Part shown: in pieces, positions 14,478-27,833 of the stretch
How positions within the stretch are numbered: the first letter of the stretch is position 1
Layout of the letters: each line of letters opens with the position of its first letter
Assembly: GCA_002633005.1 (NCBI GenBank)
Contig: NMRA01000263.1
Span: 265,389 to 329,388, forward strand
DNA: 64,000 bases
DNA from: Phoronis australis
Taxonomy: Eukaryota; Animalia; Phoronida
Direction: 5' to 3'
The notes under the pieces: model-generated
What the model was told of the DNA's origin: nothing
What the model saw: only the letters and a program-made list of their open reading frames with translations
Database searches by the model: none
Made by a program: the position numbers and the translations under genes

Positions 14478-15143
14478 CACCAGATCTCTCCACTATCAAA
14501 ACCAGCACCAGCCACACGTCAATGATCTGACAAGTCCTTGTTTGTTAACCAGAGTTAGGTAGTCTACAACCCCCTTGGCTAGCAGCAGGCAGACTACTAT
14601 ATTCTCAGTGTAACTTCACACACACAGATACCACAGACTGAGAAGTCAGCTAGCAGTGGCTGATGATCGCTGGCTTACAATTCTGACCTGGATCTGTAGT
14701 GGCTGAGCCTCAACACAGTCACATAGGCTCAGTGTTTGTGTTGGAACAAAAAGGCTCAGACAAAAACCACTCATGCATGAATGGCCATAAATATTCACAG
14801 GTTTCAATGGCTCTATTGAAAGTGGCTACTGGGACAGAAGTCTTGTTTGTATAGTCAATAAGAGGACAAAGAAGCAGAACTTGATTTCACCCCAGCTACT
14901 GGCAGGTAACTTTGTCAATGTCTAGGGCCGTGGTATAGTACTGAGGGGGGAGGGGGCAAGTGACACTCACACCTCAGGTAGGAGAAACAATGCTATCTTT
15001 GATTTGACATGAATAGGCAAACCACTTGAGATGGACGTCATTGGCTAGTATTTAGTTTTCTCTCAGCAGGTATGAGCTCACTCCTGGGGCTTGCTCCCAA
15101 TCCCCCTAGGTTAAGAACTAGTAACTTAAACTGGAAACCATCA

Positions 15144-15358
15144 CATGCGCGCACCCCCATTTGGCGAAGCGGGCAAAAAGGTCCGCCTCAGAGAAACAAA
15201 AAGTCTGAGAAAACGAGACAAAAGTCCACTGAAAAGGCACAGATGCATAGTAAAGGTGTTATCCCCGTTTTTTTTTAGTCCTACCAGTTTTTTGTCAGCA
15301 AAAGGTCCACATCGTCAGAAATTCGAGCCCCCCATATTAAAGGCTGGGAGCACGCATC
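15144..15358 (+). mobile_element. MITE, CATGCGCGCACCC-TIR family
   Basis: CATGCGCGCACCC...AGAAAACGAGACAAAAG...GGGAGCACGCAT. Confidence 0.75.
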
Positions 15359-17907
15359 TGTGCATGCATCAGGCAGTGAAATCAGAGTACAGTTCAGTAA
15401 CGCTATGACCTCTTTAAAAAGCCAGCCTTCGCGAGATTACGTGAGATATTGCAATGCATTTTAAATAAGAACACGTGATTTTTGGCTCCATTCTAGCAAG
15501 GTCCTAGCCTAGGCCCTAGCAAGGTCCTAGCAGAGGTCGAACCATTGCTGAACTCTACCCAGATAACATTTGATTCACAGTTAATCAGTTGTTTATTTTA
15601 ACAGCATATTTTTGTCCAATTATACCATTAAAACAGTATAACTATTAAAAATTATAACTGAGCCAAGGAAATCTGTATCGTATTCCAGAAACAAAAGACT
15701 ACGGGTGAGAATTTTCAAGCGAGGTACAGGTGTAGCAATAAATACTGCCTATAAATGACAGTAACATTAGACAAAGTTATCAAGATGAAAATTTTCGCTT
15801 GTTTCTAATGATAGCTTTTCAATATTTACTATGAAATAAAAGTTACACAAGATAGAAATTTATAATCCCAAAAATGTCAATTCATTAAAAAATACTTCCA
15901 AATATAATATGGTACAGATTGGTGACCAGTAGCTAGCCATTATTAGTTCTTCAAAACTAAACAAATTGATCAAACTTCCTAACCCATAATACCCTATCAC
16001 ACCTAAGTTATTTTTCACTAGTATTTCATAGCATGACAAACGCCATAACACAAAGTAACAACAAGTTAAATTACAAACTGAGCGCTTGTGATAAAATGAA
16101 TGCTAAGAAATAACTATTTAACTTGCCTATTTATTCTCCCAAATGCAAAAATAATTAGAAATCAGGCCAAGCCTTGGTCAAAAACACATTGGGTATTGAA
16201 AGTAACAACACCCCCGGAGTAGATCTGGGTTTAATGTTTTCTAAATAGGACATCACACAGTCGATGAGGATAACAACAATTTTGACAGGTAATAATAATA
16301 TTATTCACCATTGTCTGCTATCATTCACAACTAAGGTAGCATTGAATATTAAAGGCATACAGTTTCATCAATATCCATTACAATGTCCAAATCAACTACC
16401 AGAAAACATTTTTCAAAGGAGGCAAAAGTAAAGCCTTTCCTTGGAAATTAGAGAACAAATCAGTTCAATTTCAGTATAATCGCACACTTATAGTAAGTAA
16501 AATGATGAAAAACACTAGAGGTTTCATAAAAATGCATAATCTATACAGGCAGGCCAGGTTTGTTTATTATTAAAGAATTTATCTGTGTCTGTCCATGAAA
16601 ATAAACATTAGATAGGATCTCATTCACCAATCATGTCTGTATCAAATGTGACTACGGTAAGCTGTCTTGCACAATACAAGGAGTTATTTCCCTTGACAAA
16701 TATTATCAAGCCAATCAGAAAAGAGCGTTTGCCTGAAGGGCTAGACACCGATGGGTGTTCATTAACAGATAATAGGAACAGTACCCGCCTCTGGTTTGAG
16801 TGCCACTGTTTTTTTTTACATCACGTGTCTGTAGTTCTAGCTAGTAAACTGTGAGAAGTCATGGGTGCTTCTCTGTGGCTCCCAATATTGGTGTCAGTGT
16901 CTTAACCAAATGAGAAAGTTATGGATGTGGTCTGGCAATGTTAACCTTAATTAACAAGAACAGGGTTAGACGGGGGTCATCCAGTACAAAGCAATCAAAC
17001 CCAAATGTTGATTGGACACTGGTGTTTTTGCTGATAATAGGAAAGCAAAAATGTGCTCACAGAAGGAATGAAGGAAGGTGATGGCTGTTTCAAATGAAAA
17101 CCTAAATATTTACACCGAGACGTTGTGTACTACACAAATCAGCTGAACATGTTGGTCTTTTCAACATTAATCAGTAGCTAACGCACTCAATAACTATTTT
17201 TACTACTATTACTGTTATTACGTTTGTTGTTATTATTATTACTATTTTTTTATTATTATCATTTAGATTAAAGCACCCTAAATCTGGTCATGACCTGATA
17301 TTCGAGGTCTCTATCCTGGCATGAATAAAAGCATTAATTTGAACATGAAACTAACACCACGCCTTGTTTTGTTGTTTTTCTCTTATATTTATTCAATATT
17401 TTCAATATTTTAGCCACCCAATATTTTATTAGCTACTGACAATTTTGCTCATGGATGATGGGCAAAAAACAAGAAATATGACAACAGCCTTATCAGAAAA
17501 CAGTAGAGCCATGGCTTTATTGCCATTGCATTTTTAAAGACCTAGTGGAACCCTTAGTTTGTTTTCTAAAGTGGAAAATTAAGGTTTTTAATTACTCAGC
17601 ACTGGGGATTGCAATTCAAAGTTGAACGTAGCATTTTTATGAACCTACAAAAACTTTGTCACAGTTCGATTTTTGGATAGATCTGACTATCATGACATCC
17701 ATGTTGGCCATTTTAGTTTCTCAATAAGGAGTTCCTTGTTCGCCAGTCTTTGGGAAATGATTTTTTCAGATTTTGCCAGAGGAAAAGAACTTCATAGCTA
17801 AATGACCTGAACCCCCAAATTTTCAACTCCCATCTTCAGTTATAGACCCTCCTAGAAGTTATGATACTTGTCAGGCATGTTGTGTTCTAAATTGGTGAGA
17901 TTGTATT

Positions 17908-18070
17908 CTACTTTCACCCACGCCACTGTGAATACACTAATTCACCCACGTCACTGTGAATACACTACTTTCACCCAGTCACTGTGAATACACTACTTTC
18001 ACCCATGACACTGTGAATACACTACTTTCAACCATGACACTGTGAATTCACTATGTCACTGTGAATACAC
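17908..18070. repeat. Minisatellite, ~27-28-bp unit x ~6 (CACTGTGAATACACTACTTTCACCCA)
   Basis: Read directly. Confidence 0.9.
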
Positions 18071-21000
18071 ATCTATGAAGAATTTCAGTTTTCCAAGATG
18101 ACTAATATTGCTTCACATGATACATTCCTTTTATTCTGTACTAGAGTATACACCTTACGGTTTAGGTGGCCGACTGTATCATCCTGTTGATGACATCAGC
18201 ATTAAAGCTACACTTTGAAGTCTGAACTTGAGTTTCTCCTCGAAAATTCGAGTTTTCGCTCGAGTTTGTACCTCAAATCTAGGGTCATCAAGTACAACTT
18301 TGGACAATACACACTCATTTGCGTAAACTATAATATACTGGAGCACAGAATGGTGTACAACTATCTTTAAGTCGTATAAAAGGAGAAGTCAAAAACAATT
18401 TCAATTTCAGTTTCAAGTATACCACAGGCTCTGAAGTTATGTGAAGATTCAAAATCCTCAAGTCAGCTTTACTATGCAAATCCAGCAGCTCAGCTTTTGA
18501 CTTCATAAAAAATTACTAAATGGCGGGCTCGCCTACTTCTTTTTAAACTCAGTTCAGAAACAACTAATATTTGTTTAACCAACACTGACTGAAGGAATTT
18601 CATTTGAGATGTACAAAGCCTCAGGCCACAATGTACCCATAAGAAGCAAGGTTTAATGTCAGCAGGCAAGTGTAGTGTTGCCACATGTTAAGGTGTGGGT
18701 TCATTCAGACAATGTGTCTCAGGTTAGTGGCACCATGGGAATGATTGTAATAGTAACATAAGGAATCTTACTCAACTTCTCAATGTTTAAATTTGTCCCA
18801 CTCCCAATAGTCCCACTCCCAATAGTCCAAACATTGCCAAGTGGACCAAAGCTACCATTACATTTAATTAGCAATATTTCTAAATCTTGATAGTGCCAGT
18901 TCAAGGGAGTTACAGCAATTTTTTCTGGAAATAGTGTCCTCAGTAGTCTCCTAGTCATTCTGCTTCCATGGTATCTTTGCTTGCTACCTATGGTAATAAA
19001 TATGTTTATTCAGTTTGTAAAAATGCAGATATCCCTCGCCCATTGGCAGGAGTAGGTACAGCTGGGGCCCACCCTCCAGTAATTGAGGAACCGCCCAAGT
19101 GGAATTGGGGCCCACTCAAGTCGAGAGAAATTCATTCGCTGAGTCAAGTTAAACATGCTGAGAATGATTTTCTTAGATATGCTTTCTTTGGTGCTGCATG
19201 GCGAATTACCATAAAAGTAAAACTTTATTTACATCAGAAGAATGACAAACTAATTTCAATGTAAAATAGAGATTAGCACAACAGTGCATTACTCCAAGTC
19301 ACCTATGGACTCATAACATGGCGAATAAATACTGCAGAAACAGAGTGGGTACTGCGGTACCTAAGAAGTGTCTATTAGAGTTGTGGAAGAGAAAAGTTCA
19401 GAGGTGCACTACTATCATGAGATGCACCATCCTGCAGTCCCTGTTTCCTCCTAGTCAGTAGACATGAACAGCTGACATTTGGTGCAAGTTCACTTGATAA
19501 GAGTTAAGTCAGGGTAATGGCCTTGTTTAAGTTGTGTTGAAACATGCTCTCCAGTTAATTATGTTGTTTGTGTACTACTGGTAAATACAAGATGGGCTGT
19601 CAGCTTTACAGTCTTGTTTACACTAGTGGGTAGACATTGAGACCATAATGACATATTTCTGAAATGTTGATAACTTAAACCTTAATGTTTAGTCCTCAAT
19701 ACAAAAAAGGTAGAAATACTTTCACTATCATTTCTAAGGATTACTTCTAAATAAGTAAAATTTCTCTGAAGATAACAACACCATAGAACTAAATAGTTCT
19801 GACACTATTTTTTGTACCGTGATGAAATAAAAACAACTTCACGATCCACAATTGAACTTGCTTTGTGAAAACTCTTGTGCATGTTTTATTAAGCTAGCAT
19901 TCCACAAGTATATCAACACACCTGATCATGACTGGTTCCATCACCTTTTACACTTAACACAATGATCACTGACATCTGCAATACTGTGGAGCTTTTGAGA
20001 CGACCCCCACATTGTGTGAGTCAAGCCCAGGAACAGAAATTCAAGCCAGGCTTATCCAGAAGTTTTTCCCAACAATAGTCATCAAAATACCATCTTAGGT
20101 TACACAATACCAGACTCCATTATACATTGACTGTGAGGCAGATATTGAGCAAATATAATCTAGATTTCATGACAGGTATCTGTACTACCTATAGATGCGG
20201 GTATTAATCTTTTTCGATGATTAAATATTAAGTAGATTACTTCTAAAAATACTTAAGTATTTGCAACATAAGAAAATGAAGTGGAAGCTAATACTTGAGA
20301 TATATTCAACATGAGTGTGCCAAGCTTGGACGCTGCAGTAAATGATATCAAAAACCTTTGAATCCTAATCACCCAAGTTCATTAAAAAATGTTGTAGTCC
20401 ACCAAACTTGACAACTCGTTACCAATAATCAAAAAACAACTCCCAAATACAAACTAGGCAATGCCTTCATGCAAACATTTCCAATATCTTTTCAAGTAAT
20501 TACACAAATTATTTAACCAGGTTAAACAATTTTCAACAGTTCCAGGAATTCAATGTTTACAGATGAGCAAAACATTTATGTGTAGTTCTAGAAAACAACA
20601 CATCCCATATATTTCAGGTTTGAGTCATTTTAAAGAGTGTTTACAGAAACATTTCATAGGTTTTATTGTTTTATAAGTAGCAATTTCTTTATCTTGTTCA
20701 CCTTGTTCTTGTGATCAGATTATGGTTGAACAGCTGATAGCATACTTAAAAAGACATAGTTTCACACTTGATACTGGCAAAATATACCTAAAAGAATTAA
20801 AATGATTTCTTTGACTGTGTTCCATTTTACTGCCCCATATGTAAAAGTTCATTCTGTATGTCATTTGAGAGTTGCTGTCATTAATATTAGGGTAACTACA
20901 ACAGTCACAAAGGGAATGTTGGAAAACATAGGACATTAATCGGAGACTTATCCCCAAGAGTACAAAACGTACACGCCATGTGACCTGTTTATCCCTGCTG

Positions 21001-24000
21001 TGATTGGCTGGTTCACTGATTTGATAACAGTGTATACAGAAGGTCTTTACATAGAACTTGGCTGGGTTACTCAACCTATTCAGAGTCAAAACCCAAGGTG
21101 ATATCTAGCTGGATATTTACAGGTGAAAAGCAGGTTATACAGAGATGTGTGTACATAAACTCAACGACCCCATCACATGAAGACTGGACCTGTGTGGGGA
21201 CTGGTTCTGGTGCTGAGAGAGGCAACAATAGAATAACATTGAGTAACAGAGCCTTCAGGTGTATAGCATATTAGATGAGGCAAGGGTAATTAATCTCAAA
21301 ATGTTACTTTACTTAGCTTTTTTACCAGAATAAAATATTTATTCTCTGAGTTTGCCTTAGACAAATTGTAGTTTTGAAGTTTTTGGACTGTTGGATGCTT
21401 GCAAAACAGGAGGGTTGACCTAAAGCACCTTCAAATTTGATTATTACTTACACATGAGACTCAAAGTTTTCTTTTTCCCCTGTTGAGATCCACTGTATTC
21501 AATTTTAAGTTTACCTTTGAAGTAAACTCCAAGGACAACTAACGAGAAGAGTGTCTCGCCATTTTCAATTTTTTTACAAGAAACACAAGCAAAACATTTA
21601 AAGCTGCATTACGGTCACGTTTAAGCTCTCACTGTTGAATTCTTAACAGTAACCTGACTAGATTTGCTAAACCATCCAGCAACTTAAGGTACATGAAATG
21701 CCGACATACATTATTTTCAAATCCACGATTTTTGGATAGTCCAATCCCATTAAACTGAAGCCATTTCTTGAGTCGTTGATAGTTTCAATGTTGACTAAAA
21801 ACAAAAATAGAATTCGTTCATTTACTAAAATCGGTGTCATAAATTTCTCACCATGATAGGATTCTATTTCCGTTACCAACGTGAACTATGCAACTCAAAA
21901 AAAGGCTTAAGAGTGAACATTGAAGAGGTTTTTTGAGTCCCTGATAGGTTCGATTTTCACATCAGTTATGGAAATAGAATCTTTTCATGGTGAGGAATAT
22001 TTTAAGACTGATTTCATGAGAGTAAAATTAAGATAATTTTAGCAATTTTGTCTAGCTGATTTTAAAATGTTCTGACAGATTTTGACACCATAGCACAAAT
22101 CTCCATCACCTAGAGAAAATGGCAAATTCTTTTGATTGTATGCTGGTACCATAACTTGTAAACAGTAGCATAATGAATGTCAGTAACACAGGCTCTGATA
22201 CAGGTGGGTGTTATGCAGCACATCAGGGTTATACCAGGTGACTGAACACTGGGATTGAATTCCTGTTGACCATCTTGGCAAAACACTGGGACGGCCTTTA
22301 AGCGGCTTCATACCAAATCACTGAGGAACTTTAGGCGTGTCCATGTAAACTGCAAACTTAATCAAAACTTTTACATCAGCTATACTAGTTTTACGCAAAG
22401 GTCATCAAAATTACTGCAAGATGGCACTCCGAGAACGATATGCAGGAGTAATTGTTAAAATTGGAAGTAGCCTATAAATGATTGGGTTATCAATAAGATG
22501 AAGTGCTTATACATTGGGAAATGTCCGATAAAACATTATCAAATGTAATACCAAGACATGTGCTGAGACATCAGCCGATAACCTCCACCGATAACCTCTG
22601 ATGACATGAAAGTTAACATTTCATAGGAGTCGATGCATCCACGCTACGCTGTTAACTCCTCTATTTACTGCACTCTTAGCTTTGATCCAAAACAGTTAGC
22701 TGTTCATAACGATCGACAATACTGAAATCATTGATACTTCAATGCTGCAATGAAAGGTCCTTAAAGAAGGAAGGTTGATGTTTGTCTCATTTCCTTGACT
22801 TGGCGTCACCTCAACTTCTTACTCCACCTCAGGAATTCACCTGAGGCTCCTAAGACATCATGCCAGTTTTCTAGCCGAAGATGGTATGCAAGTTTACGCA
22901 ACAAAAGTGATTTGTTTCACTTTTCTTGTGTTAAGCTAATGTAACCCCACAAGTGGTCCATTGTAAATCTTCATAACATAACTTTTTAATTGTGCATTCT
23001 CAACCATTTAAGTATATATTTTTTAAATCGGTAAAAACATAAAATCTGACTCCAGGATACATGAGTGGTAATTGCTCAGTTATTAACTGAGTATTCAGGC
23101 TGCACTGCACCTAGAGGATTGACAACTACACCACTACTCTAAAACATTTTAGATTTTTACTTGTTAAACATTGGGAAGTCCCATGAAATAGAAATTCACT
23201 TGACCCTATCCTTAACCTTCCCTGGTAAAACGATTATGAAATTGCGGACAAAGATCGGTTTCCATGAATTGCATCTGACCTGATCACTAAGAGAGTATTA
23301 AGTGCACATGATCACACTCAACCTATGAACTATTGTCATAGATGATGGATTACAGTGTAAGGGAGTTAATGACCTCACATCAGAATAAAAACAACTTTAC
23401 ATTTCAGCCTGCTACTTAACACACTGCAATGTGAGTAGAGGAGAATTATTCAAGGGGAGGTTCTGTTCACATCAAAATTTGTTTTTAGTGAAGGAATGCA
23501 TGATTTGTTAAGAAAAAATGTCACCAAAATGAAAGAATCTGGCTAGCAGCACTGTGTATCTATGGCAACTGTCTCCTACCCTACAATGTCAAACCATTAG
23601 TTTTGCCCCAGAGAACCTGTCGACCAAGGATGTTATCAGTTCCTTGGATCCTGTAGTTGAAATGAAAATAAGGCATTGCCTTAAATATTGTGGATGAGCC
23701 TACCAAACTCACAAAACACGATTCATTCAACCAAAATACACGGTGATGGACTCACATTTTTGAAACACGGCACATGGACCACCAAACGTGTTTTACAGAT
23801 GAAATGTAGAAACTGATTGTGTTAACAGCTGTGTAAAGGGTGATCATATGTTTGTGTGTAATGTTTGTGTGTAATGTTTGTGTGTAATGTGATGTAATTG
23901 TTATGAATTAGAAACAATAAACATTATTTAAATTGCTTAATTGTTCTACAATTTATTGGCATCCAAAATCTTTTTCTGGCATCAATTCTCATCTGCCGTC

Positions 24001-24137
24001 CATGACCGTGTATTCGGCATGCTTCATCAGAGTGAACTGTGTTTGATAGTCCCGTGTTTAGCAGTCTGTTAACTGTGTAGTTTAGGTACGTTGTGATAGA
24101 GAACACTAAACCTTGCTCTCAAAATTATGCTATAGCT

Positions 24138-24415
24138 CCAGGTGGTCACTCATATTGACAAGGTGCCTGCAGGTGTGTACCAAATATTGGGGGTAGGCGG
24201 TACTTTTTCAGCAAGTTTTGCGGGACCTGCACAGGGTCGAATAAGCCCCTACATTTCCACTTCACCCCCACAAAAGTCCCCTGGGGGGGGGTGAGGCAGA
24301 GAAATCTACCCCACAAAAGGGAGTGGGAATTAGCAGACTTTTCCCCCGCAACCTTCGCAATTTTTGGTACAGACCTGCAGGCACCACATCAATATGAGTG
24401 ACCCCCCCCCGCGGG
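24138..24415. mobile_element. 278-bp MITE with ~55-bp TIRs and CCCG/CGGG-type ends
   Basis: GGTCACTCATATTGA...GGTGCCTGCAGGT.TGTACCAAA.ATTG is inverted at both ends and flanked by CT/CT (2-bp TSD). Confidence 0.75.
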
Positions 24416-25429
24416 CTAGAGGGTTTGGAGTTGCAAATGCTCAAAAATGGGATATCTGGGTCTCGGGCCAAATTGCAAAGACACAAAGACAATTGTTTCT
24501 CACAACACTTGATTCTTTTTTGTCGCACCTGTGGAATAGAAACGGATCCGTGGAACAGGGATAAATCATGGAAAAGCACAGAAATATATGATAATGCGTA
24601 AATTTTCTCGTGTATGTGAGAAGGAAGACATACTGATGCTGTGGTGACAAGTATGTGAGACAAAGCTTCAAACAATGGGACGGTTACTGTTGCCAAGTAC
24701 ACGTATTGAGGAAGCTGTCAATGACTGGTCTCCGGAAACTTTTGTGTAGTGTTGAGTGAAAAGATTTTTGTTTTCCAAAATGTGATCTTGTTATATCCCA
24801 AATACCAAGAGTGACAAACAATAAAGGCTACCATACCTCCACAAACCTACATTTTACACTAAACCTCAGGTCTAATAATCCACCTTTTTCAATCATCAGA
24901 TATCCCACACTCACTGAGTTCATTAAAGTTAGGCCTATTGAACAGTCATTGCTTACTGAACAATCAATAACTTTCCCCGGAGTTGGTGTTCTCTTGAAAC
25001 AACGCTTTGCTGAACAACCCAGTGGTCATGTCATGAATTTTCAAGTCAGGTGGAGGCACCTTGAGTCTTTCCAAAACAGTACAGTCCCCTAGGGATTATC
25101 TGTTGCGCTCGACACATCACGTCGGTCATCAACACACCGAGGCCGTGTGCATTGCACACACAGGTGAAATGGTCTGGCCAATTCTAGCCTACCTCACTAC
25201 TACTAGGCCCGAGGACGAATTATTTTAGGTAATAAACTAATGAACGATCAAATATCATTTTCATTTGCCAAAACACACAGGATTTGGTTACTAAAATCCA
25301 CAACGCCTGTGATTAATACCTCTTGCACACAACTCAACAATTGAGGTTTTAGTGGTCCAGCCAAGATAGGTAGGCCTACAGTGTCGCCACCTCTAGCCAA
25401 CAAAAAATCAATACACAGAATATACCTAC

Positions 25430-26150
25430 CTAGCATCGTTCGGCAGTATCTTCACTCTTTAACAAAATAGAACCAGCGACTGGTCAACTGTTTATACCAC
25501 CGGTTGAGACAAAATCTGACGATGAACTTTTTGCTAACATAAATGATCACATATCTATCTTCAAACTCCGCTGTACAATCGACTTCCAGCCTCTCTGTTT
25601 ATCAGCATAAATGGGTTGAACTGATTGTGTACCGAGTGACCGTGCACCGAGTGACCTAGGGACCGTCTCAAAAGTTCGAATGCACAATGGAAACCAGGAA
25701 CCGTTGTGTATGGAATCAATAACTCGTTGATTTAAATAAGTCAAACCATTCTCGGAACTAGGTTACGACTAGATTTTCTCACTGTCGTTGGAAATGGATT
25801 TTTTAAATTGCAAACTATTGACGCGTGTTTATTGGCAGTAATCTATTCCGTGCCTGTTACAGTATTTTGTGTGACCTAGGCTCCTTTTGTTACGACGCGT
25901 GTAGTTTCTGACAACCGACTGTTCGATTAATCTGTAAATGATTCCGAGACCCTTTTTCACATGGCTAACAGTTAACGGTTGGTCTTTGCCTTCGATTGAC
26001 TGGGTTAATAAACGTACGCGTTTAAAAATTATCGACGATAACACCGACATCAACTCTTCAGCGTACTGTAGTGTTATATCAAGACGAATAGTGCTGTTAA
26101 TATTTCATTAACAAATTCTGTTTAATTTTGGAATTATTTATGGTTTCCTA
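25430..26150 (-). other. Probable first exon of an unidentified large minus-strand gene (ends ATG CTA G|gtaggt); its intron extends leftward
   Basis: CpG-rich non-repetitive block with a good donor TAG|GTAGGT after 25430. CpG depletion begins just downstream and continues to base 1. The 5' boundary is approximate. Confidence 0.45.
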
Positions 26151-26660
26151 CCGAGACTGTCACGTAATGCCATCCGCCAATTTTTATAGTCATTGTCGTT
26201 ACGAACTATGAGTCACAATATGTTGGATCCTAGTTATTTGTGAGACAACAAACCCAAGTCATCACCCTGATGTATCCGATAAATCACTAGATATTGTTAA
26301 AATACGCTCTGGTCCAAAATTAGGTCTGTTCTGCTTTCGTCGATATTACCAAAAGTTTTAATTTGAATAAAAAAGCATTTGATTCCCACACTAATGAAAT
26401 CGAAATTCGCTGCCTGTCGGACTGTTAACCTAACTTGATCGTTCCAAAAAATAAATAAAGGCAAGCAGGATATCGATTATGAACTTTTGATACCTGACGT
26501 GAGAATTCGAAAGGCTGGCTCTAAGATAATCAAACATTCTATTGGATGCATAACTGTGCGTGGCTGCGCCATTCAGTAGATTCGTTGGCCCGAGAATAGT
26601 TCAATGCGATAGGTTTGTCGCTCCAAGCTTCGCAGTGTTGTTTCTAGGTCGCGCGGAAAA
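26150..26660. promoter_or_regulatory. CpG-rich promoter-like region
   Basis: TGAGTCA (~26209), a DRE-like TATCGAT (~26471), an inverted CCAAT (~26540) and an E2F-type GCGCGGAAAA (~26651-26660) lie upstream of the putative first exon. Confidence 0.4.
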
Positions 26661-26823
26661 TCTCACTGTATTAGAAAGGAGTCAGTGCCTTCGAGCAGTC
26701 TGGTCTAGATTCTCTTGTTGACGTGGGAGTTGGTGGCGGAAATGGGTTCTTACCACCATTTCTGCAGTCTTCCATAGTAAAAGGTGTTGAAAATTTGTCA
26801 TGCTTTATTAGATATGCCAATAT

Positions 26824-27833
26824 CATAGGCGGATTTAGGGGGGGCCCAAGGGGCCTGCCCCCCCCCCNNNNNNNNNNNNNNNNNNNNNNCCTTGGCTGCC
26901 GCAAAAATATAAAACAGCAAGCGCTTAAAGGAAATGTTGAGTTTATTAATTAACCCCGGTAATTAAAATTATACGGATGAAACAAAATTTAAATGTGCGC
27001 AGTTTAAGTGTTTGGGGGCTCAGATCCAATTTCAAATGTTAAATTTGGAACACGGCGCATTCGTATCGGAACTATGACTAAGTATAGGCTCTCCCGCGAT
27101 ATCCCAGGCGATCGGCAGTGGCGCTGCGCACTACGACTCCGTTTCCGTCGTCTGCTCCACTGTGCAATGAACAAAATTTACGTCATTTTTTAAAGAAAAT
27201 GGAACCTGAGTGACGATGAAAAAACAGAAACTGCTGGTAAGATGTGAATTTTAATCGAAGCCTTAGTGAATCACTCAGAAACTACTCATAATTCTCTCTT
27301 TCTCAAACCTTAACTTAAGACGATTTCCAAAGCAATCCCGTCCTTATTGTCAACAGGAAAAACGGATTTTGGACTATTTTAAATACAACAAATTTGTTAA
27401 GAACCGATTGCACAAAATAAAAAACGTGTAATAAGCATTACAAAAAGAAGTAGCTTTCGCGCTTAAACGCTGTGGACCATAAACAAGTAGGTCTCTTATC
27501 ATGTAGTAGCTAAGTCTTGGTGGTGTACTGGTAAAGTACGCGCGCTCTATCCGCCGGGTCGTGACTTCGAGTCTCTGGTACTTGCAGGTTTTCCTATTTG
27601 ACACGTTCTCCGTGTTTTTTTTTTTGCCTGTTCTTCTTGGATAATACTTCAGGAACCAAAGAAAATGCTTGATTTTTAGAGGAAAAAACAGAAAAATTTC
27701 CTTGGCAGGAGGGGAGCCCCCCTCCCGACCTCCCCCCATTCGGTGCTATGCGCATCTACAATCGTGGTTTGCGCAAATGCTTACAGCCGGACAAAATGTT
27801 GCCCCCCCTTGTGATATCCTATATCCGCCACTG
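26824..27833. mobile_element. ~1 kb hAT-like MITE (copy 1) carrying a tRNA-like module
   Basis: TIRs CATAGGCGGATTTAGG / CCTATATCCGCCACTG with a 5-bp flanking duplication AATAT (26819-26823, 27834-27838). Bases 27030-27833 are clearly homologous to 60955-61766. Confidence 0.75.
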
